64,000 nucleotides of DNA, taken from assembly GCA_023146135.1 (NCBI GenBank), contig JAGLCR010000042.1, forward strand, positions 7,857 to 71,856. Direction: 5' to 3'. Origin of the DNA: Bacteroidales bacterium (GTDB lineage: Bacteria > Bacteroidota > Bacteroidia > Bacteroidales > UBA1556). The position numbers and the translations under genes were made by a program. This document shows positions 28,390 through 38,563 of the stretch, one piece after another (within the stretch, counting starts at the first letter, position 1; each line of letters starts with the position of its first letter). A model generated the notes under the pieces. It did no database searches and had not been told where the DNA came from. It saw only the letters and a list, made by a program, of their open reading frames with translations.

Positions 28390-29673
28390 TTATTTATTTG
28401 TGTGTTTATTTGAATTTGATCTTCCAAAAGGCTTGTTTTTAGACTCTTGTCTTTCTTTATTACGATTAAAATCATGCTTTTTCTTTTTGCGAGGAGGCCG
28501 AGTTTGCCTTTTTACAGGGGTTTCATCCTCAGTTCCATCATCAATAAAGGGGTGTTCTTTAATAATTGGAATGTTTTGATGTATTAATTTTTGAATATCT
28601 TTCAAATAGGGGCGTTCTTCTTTCATGCAGAAAGAAATGGCTATTCCGCTTGCACTTGCTCTTCCAGTTCGGCCAATACGATGAACATAAGTTTCGGGTA
28701 TATTTGGCAGGTCGTAGTTTACTACCAGCTCCAAGTCACTTACATCGATACCTCTTGCGGCAATATCAGTAGCTACTAAAACATGTAACGCTCCATCTTT
28801 AAATGCATTCAGTGCTTTTTGTCGCGCATTTTGCGATTTATTTCCATGAATGGCTGCTGCTTGAATCTTAGCCTTGATTAGCATACGCACTATCTTATCT
28901 GCTCCATGCTTGGTGCGTGAAAAAACTAAGGCCGTTTGCACAGGGTTTTCTTGAAGCAAGTGTATCAATAGTTTTATTTTCGATTTTTTACTTACGTAAT
29001 AGAGTGCCTGATCCACCCTTTCGGCGGTAGCTTGCTGTGGCTGAATGGTAACCTTTTCTGGATTTCCTAATATTTTTTGTGATAGCTTCACAATGTCTGG
29101 TGGCATAGTGGCTGAGAAAAATAAGCTCTGTCGTCTTTTTGGTAAAAGAGCTACAATCTTACGTATATCATGAATAAAGCCCATGTCGAGCATGTGGTCA
29201 GCCTCGTCTAAAACGGAGAATTCGACATCACGTAATGTTATAAATCCTTGATTGATAAGGTCGAGCAGTCGCCCTGGTGTAGCTACTAATACATCAACAC
29301 CTCTATGCAAAGCATCGGTTTGCTTACCTTGTTTAACTCCGCCAAATATCACGGTGTTTTTTATTCCTGTATATTTCGCATAGGTAGTAAAGCTTTCGCC
29401 AATTTGAATGGCCAGTTCTCTTGTGGGAGTTACAACTAGGGCGCGTACTTTTGGCGGTCTTACTGACCTTTGCGTTGATTTATATAGATGTTGAATAATG
29501 GGAATAGCAAAAGCTGCCGTTTTTCCAGTACCCGTTTGTGCACAGCCCAATAAATCTTTTCTTCTAAGTAGTATCGGAATAGATTGTTCTTGAATGGGAG
29601 TGGGGTGGGTGTAGCCTTCATCGTTGAGGGCTTTTAGTATGGGATCAATTATCCCTAAATCTTTGAATTGCAT
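28390..29673 (-). CDS. rhlE: DEAD-box RNA helicase, RhlE-like
   Basis: AQTGTGKT, PTRELA, DEAD, SAT, HRIGRTGR; basic tail. Confidence 0.9.
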   Translation of the reverse strand: MQFKDLGIIDPILKALNDEGYTHPTPIQEQSIPILLRRKDLLGCAQTGTGKTAAFAIPIIQHLYKSTQRSVRPPKVRALVVTPTRELAIQIGESFTTYAKYTGIKNTVIFGGVKQGKQTDALHRGVDVLVATPGRLLDLINQGFITLRDVEFSVLDEADHMLDMGFIHDIRKIVALLPKRRQSLFFSATMPPDIVKLSQKILGNPEKVTIQPQQATAERVDQALYYVSKKSKIKLLIHLLQENPVQTALVFSRTKHGADKIVRMLIKAKIQAAAIHGNKSQNARQKALNAFKDGALHVLVATDIAARGIDVSDLELVVNYDLPNIPETYVHRIGRTGRASASGIAISFCMKEERPYLKDIQKLIHQNIPIIKEHPFIDDGTEDETPVKRQTRPPRKKKKHDFNRNKERQESKNKPFGRSNSNKHTNK

Positions 29674-29804
29674 TTATTTGTTTTAATGAGCGGCAAAGGT
29701 AGGTTAAATATAGGAAGTCGCTAAATGCTACAATTACTCATTTCTTATTTTTGTGTTGATGGTTAATCGTAATAGTCATTAATTATTGTAAAACATATAA
29801 ATAA

Positions 29805-29857
29805 TATCGAAAAACGATAAAAAAGTATTGATATAAGATAAAATATATTTATATTTG
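29805..29857 (+). promoter_or_regulatory. palindromic operator TATCG-N5-CGATA and -7 box for the DUF2975/HTH operon
   Basis: tatcgaaaaacgata at 29805-29819; TATATTTG at 29850-29857. Confidence 0.65.
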
Positions 29858-29884
29858 CCAAATTAATAATTAAGCTAATATGTT

Positions 29885-30514
29885 ATGAAAACACAAAAGT
29901 CTCCTTTAAGTATTAGAATTATCTATTGGATTAGTACGGGTTCAATAGCCTTATTGGCAATGGTATTTGTTGCTGCGCTTATTTTTAATGTTCTATTATA
30001 CACCGATTTTTTCGGCAATAATATGCAATTGCATGTGCAGTTTCCTGTAAAAATTGATTTCTTGGAAACGGGAACGCTTAGTCTAAATGGTCAAGATGTT
30101 GACGTCGAATTTGTGGAAGCGTCTTCCAAAATACACTTTTTTAATACCCCTAGTTTTATTACTAAGAAAGCAGGTATTGCCATACTGATTGTTACTTCAT
30201 TTGCTATTTATCTATTATGGGTTTTCCGAAAATTCATTATGAATGTAAAGAATGGTTTAACTTTCAATATTGAGAATATATCATTATTGAAAAAGCTATC
30301 CTATGGTTTACTCGGCTTTTGGTTGTTCTCCATTATTTATATGCAGTTTCTATATTATTATATTGCCAAGAATATTGAAATGGCTAACATTAGAATAAGC
30401 CACGATTTTACTGATCAATCGAATGTATTGTTGTTTGCATTATTTATTTGGGTTTTAGCTCATATATTTATTACAGGCTTAAAATTGCAAGAAGAACAAG
30501 ATTTAACCGTATAG
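29885..30514 (+). CDS. DUF2975-family membrane protein
   Basis: 4 TM segments, C-terminal G.KLQEEQDLTV, followed by a YozG-type HTH gene. Confidence 0.85.
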   Translation: MKTQKSPLSIRIIYWISTGSIALLAMVFVAALIFNVLLYTDFFGNNMQLHVQFPVKIDFLETGTLSLNGQDVDVEFVEASSKIHFFNTPSFITKKAGIAILIVTSFAIYLLWVFRKFIMNVKNGLTFNIENISLLKKLSYGLLGFWLFSIIYMQFLYYYIAKNIEMANIRISHDFTDQSNVLLFALFIWVLAHIFITGLKLQEEQDLTV

Positions 30515-30516
30515 AT

Positions 30517-30735
30517 ATGGCAGTAATAGTAAATTTAGATGTAATGTTGGCTCGTCGAAAGATGAGTCTAACAGAGTTGTCAGCACGAGTGGGGATTACT
30601 ATGGCTAATCTTTCGATATTGAAAAAAGGAAAAGCCAAAGCTATTCGCTTTACCACTTTGGATGCCATTTGTAAGGTATTGGATTGCCAACCGGGTGACA
30701 TTTTAGAGTATCAGGGAGAGAAAATTAGAGATTAG
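30517..30735 (+). CDS. YozG-like XRE transcriptional regulator (start revised to ATG 30517)
   Basis: MAVIVNLDVMLARRKMSLTELS..ANLSILKKGKAKAIRFTTL..CQPGDILEY. Confidence 0.92.
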   Translation: MAVIVNLDVMLARRKMSLTELSARVGITMANLSILKKGKAKAIRFTTLDAICKVLDCQPGDILEYQGEKIRD

Positions 30736-31844
30736 GGTACTGGGTAGTTAAAGTTATAATAGAACCCAGCGGCAAAGGTGTGCAGATTGCTTTTTTTGCC
30801 ATTACTTAAAGTGCTACCGTCAATTTTGAATCCAGTAAATAATACTGTATTAAGTGAAAACCGACGAGCAATCTCGAATGAATACCAATTGGAGTAGTAC
30901 TTTAATCCTTCGCTATTAAGCGGAGCCATAAAGGAAACATTGTTTACAAAGGACCAACGTTTATCCTTGCCAAAGTTTATTTTTAGATTATACTCGATAG
31001 CATAGCCTTTATAAAATTTATGTAGGTCGGTATATTCATGATTATTAAATAATAGCCCAATAATAGCGAAGTGTACATTCTTTTTATCGAAACCAAAATA
31101 TCCAGAAAACATTTCATCATTCACTTTTGCCTCCCCATGAGTTATACTATCCACACCATCAAAAACTTTAGCATAGGAAAATCCAATTGTGAAGTCGCTA
31201 AAATCATACGACATAGCGGCTGACATTGCATCAACAAGTTTTTTATTTTGAGCGCTTCTGGTCCTAAATTGCCCTTGTACTCCAATATAAATTGGTCCTT
31301 TGTCTAGTTCGTATGCTACTGCTTGATCTGCTCTACCCGTGCCAGAAGGCCCCCCGTCAGTTCCAGCATTATATACGCCAATAGCATCACCTCCAAACAT
31401 ATACATATTGTCAACATTACCAGCAAGAGTATAATGAACGCCCCATCTTTTTCCCATAGTTATATTACCATAAGGAGTGCCAATGCCAATAAATCCTTGT
31501 CGTGCATAAAATGTTTGGTCCACTTTGCCATATTGTTCGCCAGGGTCAGCAGAAATGCTTACATAGTCGTTACGGTCAACCAAGTGTAAGCCAACTTCGG
31601 CTTTGGTGTAGAAATAGTATTTATCAGACTCGTCAAAATACCATTTCCCCTTCAATCCAATACGAGGAACAATTTCAACTACCGCAGCGCCTAATCGACT
31701 GGCGCCAAGTGCATACTCGAAAGTGCCGTAGGGAACCACAGATTTGAGTAAATCAGCTGCTTTGGATGTGGAGTCTTTTTCTTGGGCAAAACCACTTAGT
31801 ATTGACAGTTGAAACGCAAAAAATATAAGTAGTAATCTTTTCAT
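30732..31844 (-). CDS. Gram-negative porin family protein
   Basis: Signal peptide; RIGLKG, RQGFIGI..YGNITMGK, GRADQ; aromatic-rich terminal strand. Confidence 0.75.
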   Translation of the reverse strand: MKRLLLIFFAFQLSILSGFAQEKDSTSKAADLLKSVVPYGTFEYALGASRLGAAVVEIVPRIGLKGKWYFDESDKYYFYTKAEVGLHLVDRNDYVSISADPGEQYGKVDQTFYARQGFIGIGTPYGNITMGKRWGVHYTLAGNVDNMYMFGGDAIGVYNAGTDGGPSGTGRADQAVAYELDKGPIYIGVQGQFRTRSAQNKKLVDAMSAAMSYDFSDFTIGFSYAKVFDGVDSITHGEAKVNDEMFSGYFGFDKKNVHFAIIGLLFNNHEYTDLHKFYKGYAIEYNLKINFGKDKRWSFVNNVSFMAPLNSEGLKYYSNWYSFEIARRFSLNTVLFTGFKIDGSTLSNGKKSNLHTFAAGFYYNFNYPVP

Positions 31845-31885
31845 ATCTTGAAAATATAATTCTATTCTTCTTGGTAAAGGTATAG

Positions 31886-31927
31886 AAAAAGCCGCTAATT
31901 CCGATTACATTTCGTGAATTAGCGGCT
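31886..31927 (-). terminator. intrinsic terminator after the S9 peptidase
   Basis: agccgctaatt...aattagcggct stem plus A-tract. Confidence 0.75.
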
Positions 31928-31946
31928 ATTAAAAAAAATTATGTAA

Positions 31947-34052
31947 TTACTTTTTCAAATTCTCATCCAAGAAACGCTTGAATTCGCGCTGCCAAACGAT
32001 AGAGTTTTGTGGTCGAACCACAAAATGCGACTCTTCAGGGAAGAATAAAAAGCGGCTTGGAATGCCTCGTAGTTGTGCTGCATTAAATGCTTCCATGCTT
32101 TGTGTATAAGGAATACGCAAGTCATTTTCGCCAGTAATAACCAAGATTGGAGTATCCCAGTTTCCTACAAATTTATGAGGAGAAAAATTATAGCTTTTTG
32201 GTTTTGGATTTTCCCAATAAGCACCGCCCATATCATGGTGTACAAAGAATGTTTCCTCGGTAGAGGCATACATCGACTCAAAGTTGAAAATACCACAATG
32301 CGATATAAAGGCTGAGAATCTTCCTTCGTGATGTCCTGCTAAATAATATACAGAGAACCCACCATAACTGGCTCCAATGGCTCCCAAGTTATCATTATCC
32401 ACATATGACTCTTTAGCCAGTTCATCAATAGCCGAAAGATAATCTTTTATGTTTTGTCCGCCATAATCACCACTAATTTGGTCGTTCCACTCTTGCCCAA
32501 ATGTAGGTAAGCCACGACGGTTTGGTGCAACTACAATATAGCCGTTAGAGGCCATTACTTGGAAATTCCAACGATAGCTGAAGAACTGACTTACTGCACT
32601 CTGAGGTCCTCCTTGACAATAAAGCAAAGTAGGGTAGGTCTTTGTTGAATCAAAATCTGGTGGGTAAATAACCCAAGTTAACATTTGCTTACCGTCAGTG
32701 GTTTCTATCCAACGTTTCTCAAAGTTTGCAGGATGCAAATGATCCAAAATAGCTTTATTGATAAAACTTATTTGCGTTTGATTTCCATCAAAGTCTACAG
32801 AGTAGATATCGCTTGGAACCACCATGGTATTGCGACAAGCGATTAGTTTATCATCAAGCAACTGGTAGTCGGTGTAGTTATGGTCTCCTTGAGTAATCTG
32901 TGTGATTTGTTTAGTAGCCACATCCATTTTATAGAGTTGGTAGGTTGCGTGGATACCACTAATAAAAAATAATGTACTTCCATCAGCACTCCAAGAATAA
33001 TGATTTGAGCTTTGGTCAAAACCTTCTGTTAATTCTACTGTTTCGTTAGTGGCAAAATCAATCATCATAATGCGACTTTTGTCGGCCTCAAAACCTGGAG
33101 TAGCCATGCTGCGCCAAACGAGTTTTGTTCCATCAGGAGAATATACTGGATCGTAATCATAACCATCAAATCCTTTTTCGGTCATATTTGAAGTTTCGCC
33201 ACTGGTAATATCATAAATGTATATCTCTGAATTAGTTTGCGTGGCAAAGTCTTTTCCAAATACTTTTTTGCATGCATAAGCAATTTTGCTTGCGTCAGGA
33301 GCCCAATTGATTTGTTCCAAACCTCCCCAAGGTCCGATGGGAGTGTCCCATTTTTCACCAGGCATAATATCTTTTAGTTCACCAATTTTGCCATCTGCAT
33401 AATCTGCAATAAAAATATGACTAAAGCTAGCATCTGTCCAATGATCCCAATGGCGATACATAAGATCGTCAATAATACGCACATTAGCTTTTTGCATATC
33501 TGGGTATCTTTCGTGGGTTGTTTGCATTACTTTTACGTCTTTAGTAAAAAGAATCTTACTTCCATCAGGGCTCCATTTGAAACTTCCAACTCCACCTTCG
33601 ATATCAGTAATTTTTTTGGCTCCACTTCCATCTGGATTAACAGCCCATATTTGAACAGAGCCACTCTTGGCACTTAAAAAGTGAATCATTTTGCCCGATG
33701 GGCACCAAACGGCATTAAACTCACTGCCTTTGCAATGAGTAATTTGAATAGGATCGCCACCAATAGTTGGCATAACATATAAATCACGATTTCCATTATT
33801 GTTTTCCACATTATAGCGTGAAATACCAAATAATACAAAATTACCATCAGGAGAAACTTGAATGCCACTTACCCGTCCGAGTTTCCATAAAACTTCTGGC
33901 GTCATAATGTTTGGAAGGTCTTCAATGTTTTCTGTCGCTGGAGTTGATTTTGCCATTTTTGAATGACCATTATTTTCTTTCTCCACTTTAATATGGTCAC
34001 ATGATACCATAAAAAGCACCACAATTGCGAGTAATAGATTTATCTTTTTCAT
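31947..34052 (-). CDS. S9 family peptidase (dipeptidyl-peptidase 5-like), lipoprotein
   Basis: GGPQ, GASYGG (Ser), DLRIP (Asp), ESH (His); beta-propeller N-terminus; MVSC lipobox. Confidence 0.92.
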   Translation of the reverse strand: MKKINLLLAIVVLFMVSCDHIKVEKENNGHSKMAKSTPATENIEDLPNIMTPEVLWKLGRVSGIQVSPDGNFVLFGISRYNVENNNGNRDLYVMPTIGGDPIQITHCKGSEFNAVWCPSGKMIHFLSAKSGSVQIWAVNPDGSGAKKITDIEGGVGSFKWSPDGSKILFTKDVKVMQTTHERYPDMQKANVRIIDDLMYRHWDHWTDASFSHIFIADYADGKIGELKDIMPGEKWDTPIGPWGGLEQINWAPDASKIAYACKKVFGKDFATQTNSEIYIYDITSGETSNMTEKGFDGYDYDPVYSPDGTKLVWRSMATPGFEADKSRIMMIDFATNETVELTEGFDQSSNHYSWSADGSTLFFISGIHATYQLYKMDVATKQITQITQGDHNYTDYQLLDDKLIACRNTMVVPSDIYSVDFDGNQTQISFINKAILDHLHPANFEKRWIETTDGKQMLTWVIYPPDFDSTKTYPTLLYCQGGPQSAVSQFFSYRWNFQVMASNGYIVVAPNRRGLPTFGQEWNDQISGDYGGQNIKDYLSAIDELAKESYVDNDNLGAIGASYGGFSVYYLAGHHEGRFSAFISHCGIFNFESMYASTEETFFVHHDMGGAYWENPKPKSYNFSPHKFVGNWDTPILVITGENDLRIPYTQSMEAFNAAQLRGIPSRFLFFPEESHFVVRPQNSIVWQREFKRFLDENLKK

Positions 34053-34079
34053 CTGTTCTATTGTTTAATTAATCTGTTG

Positions 34080-35090
34080 TTAACGTGTCATATCATCAAT
34101 ACGATTTATTCCTTCTAAGGCTTTGTCGTAATTATTTTTTAATTGTAGTGCATGCATATAGTCGATCCTTGCTTTTTGAACATCGCCTAGTATTTCATAG
34201 CAAAGTCCACGATTATAATAAGCTTCAATATAGTCCGGCTGTACTTCAATTGCCTTTGAAAAGTATATGATAGCCTCATCATGAACTTTAAGTAATTGCA
34301 TGTATATATAGCCAGTATTATAGTATGAGTATGGAAAATTAGGCTTAACCTTCATTAACGTACGATAGGTTTCAAAAGCTTCATTCAAATAATCATTGTT
34401 TTGGTAAAACATGCCAAGATTGTAATAAGCCATTTCACTTAGGGAGTCGATAGCTATTGCATTATTGAAGTATTGAATTGCAATAGCATCTCTTTTTGCT
34501 GAATAAATAATCCCAAGTTCTATATTTGCATTATAATTTTGATGGTCGTTTTTCAGGCATTGCATAAAATTATCAATAGCTCGTGTTGTATCTCTTAGTT
34601 CTTTATAGGTATATGCGCGCATAAAGTATGCTTTAGAATTGTAAGGGTCGTGATCTAAAACGGCATTGGCAAAAGTGAAAACATCCTGGTACTTACGAAC
34701 CATAAGGTTTATTTCACCCATTTTTAGTAGGGCTTCGATATTATTAGGGTTTATACTAAGAACTTTTTTTAGTACTCCCATGGAATTTTTAAGTTGACCT
34801 GATGCTAAAAAATAATCAGCTAGGCTTAAGTAATATGAAGTGTTGTCGGGGTCAATATTAATGGCCGCTTGTATATCTGCTATTGCGAGATTAAATTGGT
34901 TGGCATTCATGTGCATTTCGGCTCTTTGAGACAAAAAAACTGCATTATTTGGATCATGATCAATTTTTTCATGCAGCATTTCAAGGCTATCTGTTGGAGT
35001 ATTGTCCGTGTTTGAACCTTTATTTACTTGTCCTTCGCACGAATATAGAAATAAACTAGAAAATAATAATATGGAAATAATTTTATTCAT
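34080..35090 (-). CDS. TPR-repeat lipoprotein
   Basis: LYSC lipobox; multiple TPRs (AYYNLG, AYYNRG). Confidence 0.88.
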   Translation of the reverse strand: MNKIISILLFSSLFLYSCEGQVNKGSNTDNTPTDSLEMLHEKIDHDPNNAVFLSQRAEMHMNANQFNLAIADIQAAINIDPDNTSYYLSLADYFLASGQLKNSMGVLKKVLSINPNNIEALLKMGEINLMVRKYQDVFTFANAVLDHDPYNSKAYFMRAYTYKELRDTTRAIDNFMQCLKNDHQNYNANIELGIIYSAKRDAIAIQYFNNAIAIDSLSEMAYYNLGMFYQNNDYLNEAFETYRTLMKVKPNFPYSYYNTGYIYMQLLKVHDEAIIYFSKAIEVQPDYIEAYYNRGLCYEILGDVQKARIDYMHALQLKNNYDKALEGINRIDDMTR

Positions 35091-35117
35091 TTGATTGTAA
35101 ATCTGGTAATAATGTTT

Positions 35118-35150
35118 AAAAAAAAGGAGCGCAATTCCCCACGCTCCTTT
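35118..35150 (-). terminator. intrinsic terminator of recA
   Basis: aaaggagcg/cgctccttt stem plus A-tract. Confidence 0.8.
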
Positions 35151-35163
35151 CTATTTATTTCGA

Positions 35164-36165
35164 TTACTTTGCGCTAATAGCTGCTTTAATCTTAACCTCA
35201 AGTTCTTCGGCCAGTTCAGGATTATCTTTCAATAATTGCTTTACAGCTTCTCTTCCTTGACCTAGCTTTGTTTCACCATAGCTAAACCACGAGCCGCTTT
35301 TCTTTACAATATTGTATTCTACACCAAGGTCAACCAATTCGCCAACTTTGGAGAATCCTTCACCATAAATGATATCCAACTCAGCTAAGCGGAATGGAGG
35401 TGCTACTTTATTCTTAACGACTTTTATTTTCACACGGTTACCCAATACTTTTTCGGTATCTTTAATCTGGCTTGAGCGACGAATGTCGATACGAACAGAG
35501 GCATAGAATTTCAATGCATTACCACCAGTAGTAGTCTCTGGATTGCCAAACATAACACCAATTTTCTCGCGCAATTGATTAATAAAGATACAAGTAGTAC
35601 CTGTTTTGCTGATAGTGCCTGTAAGTTTACGTAAGGCTTGTGACATTAAACGTGCATGAAGACCCATTTTAGAATCTCCCATTTCGCCTTCAATCTCACT
35701 CTTTGGAGTAAGTGCAGCTACGGAGTCGATCACGATAATATCCAATGCGCCTGAACGAATTAAACTATCGGTTATTTCCAATGCTTGCTCTCCATTATCG
35801 GGCTGCGATATTAAAAGATTCTCCGTGTCAACACCTAATTTCTCTGCATAATAGCGATCAAATGCGTGCTCAGCATCAATAAATGCGGCCATGCCACCTT
35901 TCTTTTGTGCTTCAGCAATGGCGTGAATGGCTAATGTGGTTTTTCCTGATGACTCAGGGCCATAAATCTCGATCACCCGACCACGAGGAAAACCACCTAT
36001 GCCCAAGGCAATATCCAAACCTAGTGAGCCAGTAGGGATAACTTCTACATCTTCAATAACCTCATCGCCCAATCGCATGATGCTGCCTTTTCCGTAATTC
36101 TTTTCAATCTTATCTAATGTAAGCTGTAATGCTTTTAACTTTTCTTTGTTTTCGTCTTTTGCCAT
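35164..36165 (-). CDS. recA: recombinase RecA
   Basis: [32 protein letters not shown]. Confidence 0.99.
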   Translation of the reverse strand: MAKDENKEKLKALQLTLDKIEKNYGKGSIMRLGDEVIEDVEVIPTGSLGLDIALGIGGFPRGRVIEIYGPESSGKTTLAIHAIAEAQKKGGMAAFIDAEHAFDRYYAEKLGVDTENLLISQPDNGEQALEITDSLIRSGALDIIVIDSVAALTPKSEIEGEMGDSKMGLHARLMSQALRKLTGTISKTGTTCIFINQLREKIGVMFGNPETTTGGNALKFYASVRIDIRRSSQIKDTEKVLGNRVKIKVVKNKVAPPFRLAELDIIYGEGFSKVGELVDLGVEYNIVKKSGSWFSYGETKLGQGREAVKQLLKDNPELAEELEVKIKAAISAK

Positions 36166-36223
36166 TTTCTGTATATTTTATATTCGTTAATCTTCGCTTG
36201 ATTTATTTTCTTTATTGATAAAC

Positions 36224-36253
36224 GGTTGGGACAGTTCATGAACTGTCTTTACC
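36224..36253. repeat. REP-like palindrome with 18-bp perfect core GACAGTTCATGAACTGTC
   Basis: Perfect dyad at 36230-36247 with degenerate GTAGGG/CCCTAC-like flanks. Confidence 0.7.
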
Positions 36254-36272
36254 TATTTGATCAATAAAAATA

Positions 36273-36743
36273 TTATTTTGGTGACTGATCGTAGTCAGCC
36301 AAAATCTGTTCCGCATGTTCTTTGGTTTTTACCTTGGTAAATACCTTTTCAATTACGCCATTTTCAATTACAAATGTAGTACGATGGATTCCATCATACT
36401 CACGACCGTATAATTTTTTTAGTCCCCAAATTCCATAAGCCTTCAAAACATCTTTCTCTGTATCAGGAATCAAAGGAAAAGGAAATTCATATTTATCTTT
36501 AAACCGCTGCTGCTTTTTACTATCGTCAGCACTGATGCCAACAATAGTAAATCCCTTATCTGTCAATTCTTTATAATGATCACGAAGGTTACAGGCCTCG
36601 TTGGTGCAACCCGGAGTCATTGCTTTTGGGTATGAGAATAGAATCAACTTCTTTCCTGCAAAATCACTCAATTTTAAGCTATTTCCTAATTCGTCAATGG
36701 TATTGAAATCAGGAGCTTTATCCCCTGGTTTTAGATGGGTCAT
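36273..36743 (-). CDS. bcp: thioredoxin-dependent peroxiredoxin BCP
   Basis: YPKAMTPGCTNEAC, GISAD, RTTFVI. Confidence 0.93.
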   Translation of the reverse strand: MTHLKPGDKAPDFNTIDELGNSLKLSDFAGKKLILFSYPKAMTPGCTNEACNLRDHYKELTDKGFTIVGISADDSKKQQRFKDKYEFPFPLIPDTEKDVLKAYGIWGLKKLYGREYDGIHRTTFVIENGVIEKVFTKVKTKEHAEQILADYDQSPK

Positions 36744-36841
36744 ATTTAGTGTTTTATGTGGTTTCTTTTTGATTGAAAATTGGAAACCAAAGGTAGGGAT
36801 TTTTTTGATTGGATGGGGGAGAAAATGTGGGGATGTTATAC
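36744..36841. repeat. bcp promoter/leader, copy 1 of a ~95-bp imperfect direct repeat
   Basis: Core 36787-36828 is 40/42 identical to 38485-38526; contains the minus-strand -7 box TACCTTTG. Confidence 0.88.
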
Positions 36842-36868
36842 TTCAATTCAAAAAGGAGCAATTAGCTT

Positions 36869-37585
36869 TTATTGTTTCTTTTGGTTTTCAATCTCATGGA
36901 ATAATTTTGAGAAATACCCTTTTATTAAACCCGTAAAATCTGTGATAAATTTGATTGAATTTATAGAAATTTGTGTTGATTTATTATCGTAATCATCGTA
37001 ATCAATATATTTATTATTAAATATAAATTCTTTTAATGATTCGTTTTTAGCATCCTTCTCATTTAGAATCCCAATATTATGTACAATAAAATTTCTTATT
37101 TTTTGATATTTTTTAATTTCAGCCCATTCTGCTGCTAAACTTTTTAGGTTAATCTCAATTACATTTTGAATGTATTTTCTGCATTGGTCGATACCATTTC
37201 CTTTCAAATCCTTTGCTGAAACCTTTTTCTCTTCCTCTTTTTGACAGTAATTACATATCTCAAAGAAGTATCGTTCAAAAATAGAATATGACATTATGAA
37301 GAATGAGTTATTAAGCAAGGAAGAGAATTGATTAAATTCAATAATCTCAGTCTCAAACCTTTCAAAAGGTTCAGGAGCGTTTTCATATAATTTTTTTTCA
37401 GTTTCCCAATTTTTGATTTTCTTTGTGAGTGATCTCTCTTTATTTTTAATAGTTGATTCTGATTCAATAAGAAATGAATTAAGAGCACTGTATTCAATTT
37501 CTATTAAATATTCAAAATCAAATAAGCCCATATATTTATGCAGCTCTTTCAATCTCTCAAAATATTTTTTATCTACTGTGCCCAT
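36869..37585 (-). CDS. hypothetical protein with HEPN-type motif
   Basis: YSIFE upstream helix and RNFIVH (R-x4-H); very AT-rich. Confidence 0.6.
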   Translation of the reverse strand: MGTVDKKYFERLKELHKYMGLFDFEYLIEIEYSALNSFLIESESTIKNKERSLTKKIKNWETEKKLYENAPEPFERFETEIIEFNQFSSLLNNSFFIMSYSIFERYFFEICNYCQKEEEKKVSAKDLKGNGIDQCRKYIQNVIEINLKSLAAEWAEIKKYQKIRNFIVHNIGILNEKDAKNESLKEFIFNNKYIDYDDYDNKSTQISINSIKFITDFTGLIKGYFSKLFHEIENQKKQ

Positions 37586-37645
37586 AATCTTGTGGAGATA
37601 CTCCTGTTGCCAAAATACTCGTTTGGCTATTTTTTTGAATAATCA

Positions 37646-38419
37646 CTACTTACTTGGCAATGTAAAGAATATGTTTTCTTTTTGATAAAGAGACTTTTCA
37701 ACCCATTCATCATTTTCATCAAGTTTCCACTTAAAGAATACTTTCCTGTCTATTTTTGTAACCTTACTAATATAGAACTGATTATCTACATAGAATTCTG
37801 ACTCAAAGCCCTCAGAATAAGAGAATGTTAAATAATTCCTGAAAATCAATGGGGAATTTTCAAATAAATAAGTTTTTTCATGAATCTTTGTTGTTTTGTT
37901 AGGTTTATCTTTCCTTGGGATTTCTAATTTTCTAAATGACTTATCGACAGGAATATTATTCAAAGGTAAAATGTAGAATTGAGTTCTAAAAAAATTAGAT
38001 GTTGGAGGAATAAATGTAATTCTTTCAATTTTTGTAGATGATGAAACAGAATTATTCACTGATTTACTAACTGCATATCCAGGATATAATAGTGGCCCGT
38101 CGTAATAATAGCTTCTATTAATACTTGTTCCTTTTGTTATTATCTTATCTTCCCAATAGTTCAACTTTAATGAGTTTTGTATGTATGAAGATTTTTTCCA
38201 ATCTACATACAAAGGAACATTAAGTTTATTGTAAATAGCAAAAGTTATTAGCCCATTCTCAGCCCAAAAACTATAAGTGATTTTTAGTGAGTCATTCTCA
38301 TACACATAGAATCCATTTTCAACAGATGTATTAGTTGATTTTGTTTCATAAACTTGAACGTAACTTTTACAAGAGGTCATCATTATTGTCAAAAATACTA
38401 TGATTATTAAATTCTTCAT
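37646..38419 (-). CDS. lipoprotein of unknown function
   Basis: MTSC lipobox; beta-rich. Confidence 0.75.
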   Translation of the reverse strand: MKNLIIIVFLTIMMTSCKSYVQVYETKSTNTSVENGFYVYENDSLKITYSFWAENGLITFAIYNKLNVPLYVDWKKSSYIQNSLKLNYWEDKIITKGTSINRSYYYDGPLLYPGYAVSKSVNNSVSSSTKIERITFIPPTSNFFRTQFYILPLNNIPVDKSFRKLEIPRKDKPNKTTKIHEKTYLFENSPLIFRNYLTFSYSEGFESEFYVDNQFYISKVTKIDRKVFFKWKLDENDEWVEKSLYQKENIFFTLPSK

Positions 38420-38444
38420 AATTTCATTTTTTAAGCAGTGTAAA

Positions 38445-38537
38445 ATCTAGCGTTTTATGTATTTTTTTGTTTATAACTTGAAACCCAAAGGTAGAGATTT
38501 TTTTGATTGGGTGGGGGAGAAAATGTTGGGGCGATAC
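38445..38537. repeat. copy 2 of the bcp promoter/leader repeat
   Basis: ccaaaggtagagatttttttgattgggtgggggagaaaatgt core; -7 box at 38486-38493. Confidence 0.88.
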
Positions 38538-38563
38538 AAAAAGCTTCGTGTCTTCTTTGGGTA

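Noticed and set aside
28119-29673. rhlE-csp adjacency as a novel cold-shock system
   Set aside because: Common pairing of known genes, each with its own -7 box
36601-36992. Short plus-strand ORFs across the bcp leader
   Set aside because: Antisense to bcp and the HEPN gene; they overlap the promoter repeat and show no protein features
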